Shown: positions 47,723 through 57,417, counted from the first letter of the stretch. The stretch is 64,000 nucleotides of DNA from Bacilli bacterium (GCA_900767605.1 CAAFZT010000029.1:860-64859); one strand, 5' to 3'. The notes: a model not told the origin generated them from the letters alone. A program made the numbers and translations.

Positions 47723-48593
47723 TGTACCCTAAATCCATTAAGGCTTTTGGGGAGTTTCTCCAGCCAGGAATGGCTTCAACTTCAATGGTTAGATGAGTGA
47801 CGTGTTCATGCCACATTCTTTCCAATTCATGGCGAGCAGACATCGATATTTTTTTTATCATTTGTCCGCCTTGACCAATCACAATTCCTTTGTGAGCCTT
47901 CTTTTCCACGATGATGGTGGCGGAAATGTTGTAACCTCCGCCTTCTTTGGTGAACTCGTCGATACGAACAGCGCTTTGATGAGGAATTTCGTCAAAAAGG
48001 AAATGCAATAATTTTTCGCGAATCACTTCTTTAGCTTGGTATTCTCGGTCCTTATCGGTCAAATAATCTTTAGGATAAAGGGGTTCCCCTTCCGTGAGAT
48101 AAGGCTCGAGGGCCGCTTTAACCTCTTTGATGCCGAAATTTTCTTTAAACGATGCTTCAATCACCAAAGAATTCGGATAAGCGATTTTAAGTTTTTCTTC
48201 GATTTCCCGAGCTTTTTCCACTTTAATAAGGTCGATTTTATTAAGGACGAACAAAAGTGGGGAATCCGTTTTAATCGAAGCCACAATTTTTAAATCTTGG
48301 TCCAGCGAATCGGAAGACGCGTCAAGAAAGTACAAAATTGCATCCACTCCACGGGAACTTCCAAAGGCAGCACGACGCATGTGGGATTCCAGTTTGCCAT
48401 CCCCATAGTAAATCCCCGGAGTATCTACTAAGACATACTGACGATCCTTTTCCGTCAAAATACCACAGATCGAGTCGCGGGTAGTTTGAGCCCTGGGGGA
48501 AACGATTGAAATCTTTTTTGAAAGTACACAATTTAAAAAGGTGCTTTTCCCCACGTTGGGGCGCCCCATAATGGCGATTGTTCCAATTTTCAT
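47712..48593 (-). CDS. era: GTPase Era
   Basis: GRPNVGKST, DTPG, NKIDL, C-terminal KH domain (VEKKAHKGIVIGQGGQMIK). ATG at 48593 overlaps the cdd stop by 4 nt. The ORF track extends to 48728. Confidence 0.95.
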   Translation of the reverse strand: MKIGTIAIMGRPNVGKSTFLNCVLSKKISIVSPRAQTTRDSICGILTEKDRQYVLVDTPGIYYGDGKLESHMRRAAFGSSRGVDAILYFLDASSDSLDQDLKIVASIKTDSPLLFVLNKIDLIKVEKAREIEEKLKIAYPNSLVIEASFKENFGIKEVKAALEPYLTEGEPLYPKDYLTDKDREYQAKEVIREKLLHFLFDEIPHQSAVRIDEFTKEGGGYNISATIIVEKKAHKGIVIGQGGQMIKKISMSARHELERMWHEHVTHLTIEVEAIPGWRNSPKALMDLGYNDK

Positions 48594-48994
48594 AAATCTT
48601 CTCCTCTGAATGCGAACGGCAAGAGTTCTTTCGCCGTTACGTATTTTGTTTCGTTTTTTAGATTTCCTAGATAAATGGGCGCATCTAGTGGGAACAGTTC
48701 CCACAAGACCTGGCGGCAAGCCCCACATGGAGAACAGGGTTCATCCGTATCGGCCACAATAGCGAGGGAAACAAAATCCTCTTTCTTTTTTCCACGCATC
48801 AAGGCGTGATAGATGGCGTTTCTTTCTGCGCACATGCTAAGAGGGAACGATGCGTTTTCAATGTTGGCTCCACAAAAAACGCTTCCGTCAGCACATTCTA
48901 ATGCCGCCCCTACTGCAAAATGCGAATAAGGGGAATAAGACAAGGCGCGTGCCTGCTTTGCTTTATCAAGCAGCTCTTCCGGGCTTAATTTCAT
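48590..48994 (-). CDS. cdd: cytidine deaminase
   Basis: 134 aa. Zinc motifs CAERNA and PCGACRQ. Confidence 0.95.
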   Translation of the reverse strand: MKLSPEELLDKAKQARALSYSPYSHFAVGAALECADGSVFCGANIENASFPLSMCAERNAIYHALMRGKKKEDFVSLAIVADTDEPCSPCGACRQVLWELFPLDAPIYLGNLKNETKYVTAKELLPFAFRGEDL

Positions 48995-49461
48995 GGGTTA
49001 ATCTCCTTCCAGGCTTTTAAAATCTTTTCTTGAAGAGGAAACATCACTTCTTCTTGTTTCTTTGTCACGTGGTCATATCCAAGCAAATGAAGCATTCCGT
49101 GGACGAAAAGGAAGGAGAGTTCGCGCTCAGGGGTATTGCCAAATTCTTGGGCTTGACGGAGGGCCTGGGGGATGCAAATAAAGATTTCTCCGAGCAAGAC
49201 GGGAACATCATCTCCCCCTACGATTTTTCCCAAATCACTATGATCATCCTCAAAAGCAAAGCTAATAACGTCAGTTACCCGATCTATGCCACGATAATCG
49301 CGATTAATCGTGTGTATTTCTTCTTCTCCGACCAAACTTAGGTCAATTTCATAATTTTTACGAATCGATAAAAGGGAGGCAATCACATTCAAAAGCGATT
49401 CATATTTGCTTTCCCATTCGTCAAATTGGGCATCAAATCGATTATCAAATTCTAATTCCAT
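48991..49461 (-). CDS. ybeY: rRNA maturation endoribonuclease YbeY
   Basis: 156 aa. HGMLHLLGYDH metal motif. Confidence 0.95.
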   Translation of the reverse strand: MELEFDNRFDAQFDEWESKYESLLNVIASLLSIRKNYEIDLSLVGEEEIHTINRDYRGIDRVTDVISFAFEDDHSDLGKIVGGDDVPVLLGEIFICIPQALRQAQEFGNTPERELSFLFVHGMLHLLGYDHVTKKQEEVMFPLQEKILKAWKEINP

Positions 49462-50591
49462 TAATGCTTATCCTCCTTTTTCCTTTCCGCCTTACGCCAT
49501 TGGTAATAGCAGGCCAAATAGCATATCAAAGGAGAGGCCCCATAGGGAATTGCAAAGTAAGAAATAATTCGTCGCTCCTCTGCCGATAAAGAGAAAACAA
49601 CGGAAAGAACAATGCCAACAACGGCAAGCACAAAACTGCAAGCAAAGCCGAATTTAAGAGAAGGGGTCAGTTGGTCGTTGCCGTTATCTTCTGCAATAAA
49701 AGAGACGGGTAGAGCACACAAAAAGGCAAACAGCGCGTTTAATCCAATGGATAATCCAAAAAACAGCGGAGTAACATTTTGAGAACATTTGCAAAGAATC
49801 AAAACACAGAAGGAAAGAGCTTCAAAAAGGAAAAAGAATGCATGATTAACCCAATTTTTCTTGAAGTCATTGGAAATTTCGCTCCAATTGAGCCTCCCAT
49901 TCCTTTTTGCGGCCTGCGAATGTTTTCTATTTGTATCATCTTCTTTTTGGGAGATTGCTTTTGCGTCTTTTTGATTTTCATTTTGGCGGTTGTTCGATTC
50001 TTCCGCGTCTAAGGGCTCGGGGAGAGAGGGGGTTTTTAGCCAAACGGTTTTCAAGTCTTGGATCAAGGATCCTTCTGGCGGTTCTTTATCCCACGCCAGA
50101 TCCCCAATGAGACCATCAAAAGCTTGGGCCAACCGCGTTTTGTCCTCCACGCAACCAATCTCTTTATAAGGGGACCATTCATTTCCAATGTTTACACCCA
50201 ACGAGCGAGGCGTAATTTTAGGAGCATAAATAAGAAGGCGGCATAAAGACATTTGGTCCAGAATTCGTTGTAGAGAAAGCGATTGTTCCAATGCATTCAA
50301 ACAGGAGAAATCCAAGAAAAGAAAATTGGGATTCTCTTGGTTTTTAACTTCTTCTAAGAAAAGGGCTAAATCTACGTATTTCCTTAGAATATAAGCCGAA
50401 ATTGGATTCGAAATGGGTCGGCCATCTAGTGAAAATTCCCCATGCCAGTCAGGTTGTGGATGGATAAAGAAATTGGCAATGGCGCTTGAATCATCGCCAT
50501 ATAGAAAAGTGACTCCCTTTAGCGTTCCACAGAGATGAAACGCGGGACCATTTTCAGCTTCGCGCCAAACAAACCCTTCGAGCATGAGCAT
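49461..50591 (-). CDS. membrane protein with degenerate, truncated ABC-ATPase-like N-terminal domain and four C-terminal TM helices
   Basis: 376 aa. The N-terminal part follows the NBD order, but the ATP motifs are lost: Walker A position LYGDDSSAI, signature ISAYI, Walker B FLFLDF, H-loop YAPK. A charged linker follows, then 4 TM helices. Its stop overlaps the ybeY ATG (TAATG). Confidence 0.6.
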   Translation of the reverse strand: MLMLEGFVWREAENGPAFHLCGTLKGVTFLYGDDSSAIANFFIHPQPDWHGEFSLDGRPISNPISAYILRKYVDLALFLEEVKNQENPNFLFLDFSCLNALEQSLSLQRILDQMSLCRLLIYAPKITPRSLGVNIGNEWSPYKEIGCVEDKTRLAQAFDGLIGDLAWDKEPPEGSLIQDLKTVWLKTPSLPEPLDAEESNNRQNENQKDAKAISQKEDDTNRKHSQAAKRNGRLNWSEISNDFKKNWVNHAFFFLFEALSFCVLILCKCSQNVTPLFFGLSIGLNALFAFLCALPVSFIAEDNGNDQLTPSLKFGFACSFVLAVVGIVLSVVFSLSAEERRIISYFAIPYGASPLICYLACYYQWRKAERKKEDKH

Positions 50592-50623
50592 ATTTTAACC
50601 GATTTTATCGACCTTTGCTTGAT

Positions 50624-51829
50624 TTATTTCCCGTTTGTGCGAACAAAATGATACCAAAAATAGGATGCTTCGTTCCGGTTACTTAAAATTGAGGGCAAAT
50701 AGGACGCCAAATCGTTAATCTGAATAGAAAATAACAGGCAAAGGATCAAATTTTCTAAGTAAGATGATCCCACGAGATTCTGTTTGGTTAAACTGCTGCC
50801 TAAGCAAAACAAAAGGGAAACGAGCAGGACGGTTAAAATTTTAAGAAACCATAAACGAGAATACCTAACCCCCTTCTTTTGGTAGGATTTTTGTTTATTT
50901 TCTAATCCTATTTTGTCGCTCTCTCCCCTTAAAAAATCGTCTTCGTCTTTTTCCACATCTTTCGCTATTTGGGCGGAATGTTTTTGAATAAAACAGAGCA
51001 TAATCAGCAAAACTACCCCCGCAATTCCCAACATCACGCCTTGCCAAGGGCTAGTAAAACTGATGTAGAACAACAACGAACAAAGAATTCCAATTTCACA
51101 GGAAACACGAGGGATTGTTCCAAATATCGCGTTTTTATAAGTGTAATAATGGGTAAATAGCTCTTTGCGTAGCTCAGGATCTTCCTCCAACAAGCCTCGT
51201 TGATATCTCCGATCAAAGACAGACTGGAGATAACGGGAACAAACTAAAAATAGGCCTAAACTCGTTAAACCGACGAGATAAAAAGGCAAAGCAATCCATT
51301 TGGATACTCTTTCTGATAAAAGGAAGCCCATTCCAATCAAAAATACGGACGCGAACGATAATAACATTGGAATCCATCCGTTTTTTACGGAACGAATGTT
51401 TGGCTTGGGGACATCCTTTTTTCGAGACACGACGCCCAAATCCGTTACCATCACAACGCCAGAGAATATCCTTTCAAATCGTCTAATCTTAATTTTTCTT
51501 TTTCCTCTAGAGGGATCCAATATGGTCAAATCTGACTTTGAGGCCTTTACTAAAACACACATATGCTGAAGCCCGTCTTCTTCTAGAAGCACTAGTGCAT
51601 TTTTAGAAGCCAAAAACCTCCAATCATAGGGGCTTCCAACGCGATAGGATCGAAGATTTAGGCCATGCTTAGCTCCGTATTCCTTTATCTCGTTTAGGGA
51701 AGGGGCGTTTTGCTCGGCCTCCGGTTCATCGGCGTACGCCCAATTTCGGTTTTTATCGCGTTTGCATAACAGCATTTTAACGCAGGCATAACCGCATCCT
51801 TTGCTTTGACATTGATAAATAATTTTCAT
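50624..51829 (-). CDS. C39 peptidase domain fused to ABC-exporter-like 6-TM domain (no nucleotide-binding domain)
   Basis: The N-terminus YQCQSKGCGYACVKML has a Gln 6 residues before the Cys. LQHMCVLV and TILDPSRG supply His and Asp. About 6 TM helices follow. The ORF is open to GTG 51874, but that start lies inside the deoC terminator. Confidence 0.65.
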   Translation of the reverse strand: MKIIYQCQSKGCGYACVKMLLCKRDKNRNWAYADEPEAEQNAPSLNEIKEYGAKHGLNLRSYRVGSPYDWRFLASKNALVLLEEDGLQHMCVLVKASKSDLTILDPSRGKRKIKIRRFERIFSGVVMVTDLGVVSRKKDVPKPNIRSVKNGWIPMLLSFASVFLIGMGFLLSERVSKWIALPFYLVGLTSLGLFLVCSRYLQSVFDRRYQRGLLEEDPELRKELFTHYYTYKNAIFGTIPRVSCEIGILCSLLFYISFTSPWQGVMLGIAGVVLLIMLCFIQKHSAQIAKDVEKDEDDFLRGESDKIGLENKQKSYQKKGVRYSRLWFLKILTVLLVSLLFCLGSSLTKQNLVGSSYLENLILCLLFSIQINDLASYLPSILSNRNEASYFWYHFVRTNGK

Positions 51830-51883
51830 ACATACATTTAACGAATAGATTTGCGTTTCCGCGAAAAAATGCACATATGAATC

Positions 51884-51923
51884 AAAAAAGCCAGCATTAA
51901 TCGAATTGATTTTTGCTGGCTTT
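51884..51923 (-). terminator. rho-independent terminator after deoC
   Basis: On the - strand: stem AAAGCCAGCA / TGCTGGCTTT (10 bp) with a 17-nt loop, followed by a T-run (TTTTTGAT). Confidence 0.7.
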
Positions 51924-51963
51924 CTGAAAAATCTTAACGTTTTTTAAAAAGAGGTTTCCAAAA

Positions 51964-52620
51964 TTAGAACAGCTCTTTTTCTTTCGTGATGTTAACAGAG
52001 GCGCTGCAACCAATGCGGTTCGCCCCGGCTTCCACCATTTCTTCCACTTCGGACAAATGGTGAATTCCACCGCTGGCTTTTACACCAACGTTTTTTCCAA
52101 CGGTTTCTCTCATAATACGCACGGCATGAACGCTTGCTCCGCCCGCTTTATTAAACCCCGTGCTGGTTTTTACGAATTGTGCGCCGCCACGAACGGAGGC
52201 CAGACAAGCCTCTTTAATTTCCTCGTCGGTTAGAATGGATGTTTCCAAAATGACCTTCAAAGTAGTATCCCCGATTGCTTCCTTAACCCGACGAACTTCT
52301 TCTTCCGTGTAGGCAAAATCGGCCTCTTTCACCTTTCCGGTGTTGATGACCATATCTACTTCTTGAGCCCCTTCATCCACGGCAATAGAGGCCTCTGCAG
52401 ACTTGATTGAGACGCTATTGGCCCCCAAGGGAAAGCCAACGACGGTGCATACCTTCACGTCGCTCCCTTCCAATTCTTTGGAACAAAGAGGGACAAAGCA
52501 GGGGTTAACACAAACGGAGGCAAAGCGATATTGTTTTGCTTCGCTGCACAAAGCGATAATTTCTTTCGATGTTGCCTCTTGTTTTAAAAGGGTGTGATCA
52601 AATAGTTTATTGAATTCCAT
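51964..52620 (-). CDS. deoC: deoxyribose-phosphate aldolase
   Basis: 218 aa. DHTLLK, VCTVVGFPLG, and the Schiff-base Lys context FVKTSTGF. Confidence 0.95.
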   Translation of the reverse strand: MEFNKLFDHTLLKQEATSKEIIALCSEAKQYRFASVCVNPCFVPLCSKELEGSDVKVCTVVGFPLGANSVSIKSAEASIAVDEGAQEVDMVINTGKVKEADFAYTEEEVRRVKEAIGDTTLKVILETSILTDEEIKEACLASVRGGAQFVKTSTGFNKAGGASVHAVRIMRETVGKNVGVKASGGIHHLSEVEEMVEAGANRIGCSASVNITKEKELF

Positions 52621-52636
52621 AAATGCTCCTTATGTG

Positions 52637-52660
52637 AAAAAAACGTGCCGAAGGGCACGC
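52637..52660 (-). terminator. rho-independent terminator after rpmF
   Basis: On the - strand: GCGTGCC-CTTC-GGCACGT followed by T7. Confidence 0.75.
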
Positions 52661-52665
52661 TTGCA

Positions 52666-52857
52666 TTATTTCTGTTCTTTCTTTTTAACAGAGATAACTT
52701 CTTTGCCGTTGTAATAGCCGCATTCGGGGCAAACGCGATGGGAACGGATCATCGCGCCACAGTGCGGGCAGGCGACCAATCCGGTGACCTCGAGTTTGAA
52801 ATGCGTACGGCGTAGACGTTTACGAGTTTTGCTCGTGCGACGTTGTGGGACTGCCAT
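52666..52857 (-). CDS. rpmF: 50S ribosomal protein L32 (zinc-ribbon form)
   Basis: [19 protein letters not shown]...CPHCG...CPECG. Confidence 0.95.
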   Translation of the reverse strand: MAVPQRRTSKTRKRLRRTHFKLEVTGLVACPHCGAMIRSHRVCPECGYYNGKEVISVKKKEQK

Positions 52858-52945
52858 TTGAAAACTCCTTTCGAACGAAGGAATTATATGAAATAAAGAT
52901 TAGACTTCAACTCGAATTATTAGAAGATGTCCAAAAAATTTAAAA

Positions 52946-54226
52946 TTAATCCGATGCCGTCTCATTATTATATGTTACTAGAATCATTTCCCCATGGAGC
53001 GGTTTTTCCGATTTTATCTTAACTAGCAGATAGTTGGAGGTGTGGCCATAGGCATAACCGGATTTAGGATCAAAATCTTCAAAAAGCACGGGCAGATCTT
53101 GGCTAAAGAATCGTTTTTTGTAATTTTCACGAAGTTCACGAGACAAATCCAATAATTGGTGAACGCGTGCTTTTTTTATTTTAGGTTCCACATCGGGCAA
53201 GGCGTGTGCGAGTGTGCCAGGCCGTGAAGAAAAAGGAAAGACATGTATCTCGGCAAAATCAGCTTGTCTGCAAAAATCCATGGTTTCTTGCCATTCTACG
53301 TCATTTTCCTGAGGAAAACCCGCGATGACGTCTGTTGTTATTGCGATTTGGGGTCGAATTCGACGAATGGCCACTAACTTAGAAAGAAAAGATGCCGTGT
53401 CGTACTTCCTTTTCATGCGCTGGAGCACGGTGACCGATCCGGACTGCAGAGGGATATGTAAATGATCGACAACTTGGGGGTAACGAGCTAGCAAATCCAA
53501 GAAATCATCTTGTATTTCTGACTCTTCGATGGAAGAAATCCGAATTCGAGGCAAGGAAGGACAGGCAACTAAAATGCTTTCAATTAACTGAGGAAGGCGA
53601 AAAGAACCGTCTCCAAGGTCCAAACCATAGGCGCCGATATGAATTCCCGTGATGACGATTTCTTTATATCCATTGGAGACAAGCTTTTTAGCCTCATCAA
53701 TTACCATGCGAGGGTCACGAGAGCGCGAATTTCCGCGTAAAAAAGGGATAAGGCAATACGAGCAAAAATTGTTGCACCCATCTTGAACTTTTAAATAGGC
53801 ACGCGCATTGTCACAAAAAGCTGAAAAGCCTAACTCTTCATAGGTTTCTTTTCGAACGTTAGATTTAATGTCAATGCAATTAATTTTAGTTTTTAAAAAG
53901 GTTTCAATGGCCTCGTAAATCTTGGAACGATCCGCCGATCCAAAAACGAGGTTAGCTCCCAGGGATTCCGCTTCCTCTCCATGTTTTTGTGAATAGCACC
54001 CCATCACGACAATAATCGCATTAGGGTTTCCTTTTCGATAGGAAGAAATATGCTGGCGAGATTTTTGATCCGCTCTACCAGTTACAGAGCATGTATTAAT
54101 AATAATGACATCAGCGTCTTGCGCGTTTTCGCATGGGGAATATCCATGGGACGAAAGCTCAGTCCCGATTGCGGATAGTTCATAGGAATTTACCTTGCAT
54201 CCTAAAGAATGTAGAAAATATTTCAT
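52946..54226 (-). CDS. mtaB: radical SAM methylthiotransferase MtaB (tRNA ms2t6A)
   Basis: 426 aa. N-terminal UPF0004 cysteines (GCKVN...TCSV...GC) and radical SAM CNNFCSYC. Position after rsmE matches Bacillus yqeV. Confidence 0.85.
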   Translation of the reverse strand: MKYFLHSLGCKVNSYELSAIGTELSSHGYSPCENAQDADVIIINTCSVTGRADQKSRQHISSYRKGNPNAIIVVMGCYSQKHGEEAESLGANLVFGSADRSKIYEAIETFLKTKINCIDIKSNVRKETYEELGFSAFCDNARAYLKVQDGCNNFCSYCLIPFLRGNSRSRDPRMVIDEAKKLVSNGYKEIVITGIHIGAYGLDLGDGSFRLPQLIESILVACPSLPRIRISSIEESEIQDDFLDLLARYPQVVDHLHIPLQSGSVTVLQRMKRKYDTASFLSKLVAIRRIRPQIAITTDVIAGFPQENDVEWQETMDFCRQADFAEIHVFPFSSRPGTLAHALPDVEPKIKKARVHQLLDLSRELRENYKKRFFSQDLPVLFEDFDPKSGYAYGHTSNYLLVKIKSEKPLHGEMILVTYNNETASD

Positions 54227-54231
54227 GTTAT

Positions 54232-55029
54232 TTAAATCCCTTTATCTATTTTCCTAAAAAACTTGTGTTCATCGAGTTTATTTTTATAGACAAAACTACT
54301 AGATATTAACTTATTATCAACCAGTCTTTTCACAAATTCTTCCTTATTGTTCTCAAAGTATGCATTAAGGACAGGTTCGATTCTTTCCAACATATGGTTG
54401 GTATTTTTTCGATGTAATCCGCGGTCGAACAAAGGAATGGACACCTCAAGTCTCCCTTCTTCGTTTACAATATAAATTTCATAGGAATCGTAGTTATAAT
54501 ACACCGCCTCTCCTTTAACGGTTTTAACCTTTACCAGTTTCGTGAAAAAAGAATTGTAAAGTTCAGGACCGTATGTGTCGAACGGATCAATGAGCAAAGC
54601 TTCAAAATGAGTTAGCAATTTCTTAAAATTTTTATCTTGAAACGAGAAAAAATTATCCGAATATATATTGTTAATAGAACGAGGAAATACGGGGACAAAA
54701 ATCTTGGTGTTCCCATCTTGGAAATAAGGCAAATCGAGCATCTTCTTTTTTATATCCGAGACAATGCATTCTTGGCTAGATTCCACTCCCAATTTTCGAT
54801 CTTCTTTCAAACGTTCCATAAACATCGTTTCGATGCATTCTTTGTTGGATAAAGCGGCAATTAGAATATTTGCTCGAATGATATCGAAAGGTTTGGTGGC
54901 CTTAGAAAAATTCGAATAGGAGGGAATATCCGCTAAAATCCCTGAATTACGGAGAAAGTAGTCCATTGCAGCGCTACGGGAAAACGGAGTGGAGGACTGC
55001 TTCTTTTCTAATTCTTTGAAAAAATCCAT
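54232..55029 (-). CDS. hypothetical protein (no recognised family)
   Basis: 265 aa from the ATG at 55029, which overlaps the rsmE stop as TAATG. The ORF track gives a TTG start at 55065. AT-rich relative to its neighbours. Inserted between rsmE and mtaB. Confidence 0.55.
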   Translation of the reverse strand: MDFFKELEKKQSSTPFSRSAAMDYFLRNSGILADIPSYSNFSKATKPFDIIRANILIAALSNKECIETMFMERLKEDRKLGVESSQECIVSDIKKKMLDLPYFQDGNTKIFVPVFPRSINNIYSDNFFSFQDKNFKKLLTHFEALLIDPFDTYGPELYNSFFTKLVKVKTVKGEAVYYNYDSYEIYIVNEEGRLEVSIPLFDRGLHRKNTNHMLERIEPVLNAYFENNKEEFVKRLVDNKLISSSFVYKNKLDEHKFFRKIDKGI

Positions 55030-55742
55030 TATTTCCTTTTCTCCATCATAGATCCAATAAGGCAAGCTCCGTATAATCCGGCTGTTTCAGCCCTTAGAAT
55101 ACGTTTCCCTAACGATACGATGCGGAATCCCGCCTTTTGGGCTTGTTCCACTTCTGCGGGCGTAAAGCCACCCTCAGGACCGATTACAAATAAGGTGTCA
55201 TCCATTTTCATTTCTTCCAAAGCGACCAAAAGAGGGTCGCCATGAAGGGATTCATTCTCATAGGCGAGGATTTTATTGGGATATGGCAAAACTAATATTT
55301 CGTTCCAGCTTTGATAGGCGGATAGTTCTGGCAAACGTCCCCGTCGGCACTGTTTTGCCGATTCGTTCGCTATTTTTTGGAGCCGTTCCCATTTCGGATC
55401 CTTTTTCACTTTGGGCCGAACCACGCATCGCTCGGTAACGCAGGGATAAAACGAAGTCGCCCCTAACTCCGTCGATTTTTGTACGAGCCATTCAGAATGT
55501 TCGCTTTTTAAGACGCTGAAAGCGATTCCTAGCCGATAAGGCAATTCCCGGCTGGGCAACGCTATTTTCTTTTCAATCTTTAAAGGATAGACGGAAGCAA
55601 CCGTGCATAAATAAACACATCCATCGGCACCTACTTCGATTTCCTCACCGACTTGAGCCCGTTTAACATGAACCAAATGGTGCTCATCTTCAGGGCTAAG
55701 GATTACGCGGTTGTCGACAATTTGACCAAAGAAATGTTGCAT
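55029..55742 (-). CDS. rsmE: 16S rRNA (uracil1498-N3)-methyltransferase RsmE
   Basis: 237 aa. N-terminal PUA-like region (HHLVHVKRAQVGEEIEV). C-terminal SPOUT knot (IGPEGGFTPAEV...LGKRILRAETA). Confidence 0.9.
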   Translation of the reverse strand: MQHFFGQIVDNRVILSPEDEHHLVHVKRAQVGEEIEVGADGCVYLCTVASVYPLKIEKKIALPSRELPYRLGIAFSVLKSEHSEWLVQKSTELGATSFYPCVTERCVVRPKVKKDPKWERLQKIANESAKQCRRGRLPELSAYQSWNEILVLPYPNKILAYENESLHGDPLLVALEEMKMDDTLFVIGPEGGFTPAEVEQAQKAGFRIVSLGKRILRAETAGLYGACLIGSMMEKRK

Positions 55743-56212
55743 TAGCGGAGGAACTCCCCGTTGCCGTCTTTAGGAGATTCTTTCTTTAAGAAAAGTAGTC
55801 CACGAACAAAATGGAAAAGCCAAAATGCGAGAAAAGGTAAAACGAAAGACAGAGGATTTTTCCATAATACAAAATATAAAACGCTGCCAATTCCGGCAAC
55901 TCCAAGTAATGTAATTAAAAGCCAAATCCAACCTTTCTTCGGTTCAAGCAAATAGAATTCCTTGACGCCTAAATTCCCAAAAAACATGCACAACAACGCA
56001 GCTTTTTTTTGGGATTTGCATCGATAAAGATTTTGAGATTTTAACCCGGCGATATTCTGGGTCACGTCCATAGTTTGATAGGTATCGGTGATCGGATCCT
56101 TTACGCCGCAATAAGGGCAAACGTCCGAATCAAGTCTCGATATTTCGTGATGACAATTCTTACAATAAGGCATAGGATGATTATAGGTCTTCTCTCTAAC
56201 TTGCTTAAGCAT
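55742..56212 (-). CDS. zinc-ribbon + TM2-domain membrane protein
   Basis: 156 aa. CKNCHH...CPYCG zinc ribbon, then a TM2-like segment (ALLCMFFGNLGVKEFYL...GW) and further TM helices. Confidence 0.6.
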   Translation of the reverse strand: MLKQVREKTYNHPMPYCKNCHHEISRLDSDVCPYCGVKDPITDTYQTMDVTQNIAGLKSQNLYRCKSQKKAALLCMFFGNLGVKEFYLLEPKKGWIWLLITLLGVAGIGSVLYFVLWKNPLSFVLPFLAFWLFHFVRGLLFLKKESPKDGNGEFLR

Positions 56213-56251
56213 TTTTAAAAACCTTGTTTCAAATTAGAAGCAAGGTTCGAT

Positions 56252-57391
56252 TCATTTAACGAACTTGTCCTTCCATTTCTGGTAAGGAGAATCTTTTGAA
56301 CTCGATTGATTTTGGAATTCCTGCAGCAATTGCTTCTGATTCTTTCCAAGTCGAGTCGGTGTTTTCACCTTTACATGAATAAATTCATCGCCGGGCTTAC
56401 CGCTACGAAGGTCTTTAATTCCTTTTTCACGAATCTTCAAGATATCGTCAGGCTGTGTCCCTTCTGGAATACGAACCGAAACTTCCCCATAAACTGTCGG
56501 AACGTCGATTTCGCAGCCGAGGGCGCAATCTACGAAACTCAAGGGAACTTCGATATGGACATTGTTTCCATCGCGACGGAAATAAGGATGATCTTGTACC
56601 AATACTTCGACATACATGTCTCCATTTGGCCCACCGTTTTCTCCACGTTCCCCCTTTCCAGAAACGCGAATTTGCTGGCCGTTATTGATACCCGCAGGCA
56701 CATTCACGGTCAAATCTTTTTTAACATGCGTATAGCCACTACCGCCGCAAAGATGGCAAGCGTGGGAAATTTTCTTCCCCGTTCCATGGCAATCAGAGCA
56801 AGTGGTCTTCGATTGCATGTTGCCAAAAATCGTGCGCTGTGTTGTCGTCACATAACCACGGCCTCCGCAAGTGGGGCAAGTCGTAAAGTCACTGGGGCTT
56901 TCCGCGCCCGTTCCGCCACAATGAGCGCACGGCTCATCATAGGAAACGGGGAACGTAATCTTGGTTCCAAGAATCGCGTCCATGAAGGTGATGCGAACTC
57001 GGCGCAAAACGTCCGCTCCTTTTGTTGGACCCGAAGAAGCTGAACGCCTCGAAGATCCGCCTCCACCAAAGAAACTGGAGAAAATATCGTTTAAATCGAC
57101 ATCGCCAAATCCCTGGCTGCTGAATCCTTGGCCAAAAGGGCCCGCTCCACCGGTAGAACCACCGTTTTCAAACGCGGCAAAACCAAAACGATCGTAGTTT
57201 TGACGTTTTTGTTCATCGGAGAGAACTTCATAAGCCTCGGTCACTTCTTTGAATTTATCCGCGGCATCGGGAGCTTTGTTCAAGTCGGGGTGATATTGTT
57301 TGGCCAATTTGCGATAGGCGCTTTTGATTTCATCTTGGGTAGCATTTTTGCTGACGCCAAGAACTTCATAATAATCTCTTTTTTCCGCCAT
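56252..57391 (-). CDS. dnaJ: molecular chaperone DnaJ
   Basis: J domain with HPD (KQYHPDLN), G/F-rich region, four CxxCxGxG zinc motifs. Confidence 0.95.
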   Translation of the reverse strand: MAEKRDYYEVLGVSKNATQDEIKSAYRKLAKQYHPDLNKAPDAADKFKEVTEAYEVLSDEQKRQNYDRFGFAAFENGGSTGGAGPFGQGFSSQGFGDVDLNDIFSSFFGGGGSSRRSASSGPTKGADVLRRVRITFMDAILGTKITFPVSYDEPCAHCGGTGAESPSDFTTCPTCGGRGYVTTTQRTIFGNMQSKTTCSDCHGTGKKISHACHLCGGSGYTHVKKDLTVNVPAGINNGQQIRVSGKGERGENGGPNGDMYVEVLVQDHPYFRRDGNNVHIEVPLSFVDCALGCEIDVPTVYGEVSVRIPEGTQPDDILKIREKGIKDLRSGKPGDEFIHVKVKTPTRLGKNQKQLLQEFQNQSSSKDSPYQKWKDKFVK

Positions 57392-57417
57392 AAGCGCTCC
57401 TTCCTAAATTGCATAAA

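Noticed and set aside
26649-48728. N-terminal extensions in the ORF track for yqeH (to 27884), rpmG (to 37113), era (to 48728), rel (from 7618), deoB (from 21331) and the C39 gene (to 51874).
   Set aside because: In each case an internal ATG has a proper SD and/or a 1-4 nt overlap with the upstream stop, and it matches where the conserved protein family begins. The extensions overlap the upstream gene or a terminator.
56306-57043. A 245-aa ORF antisense to dnaJ.
   Set aside because: It is a shadow ORF opposite the Gly/Cys-rich dnaJ coding sequence. It has no SD and no recognisable motif.
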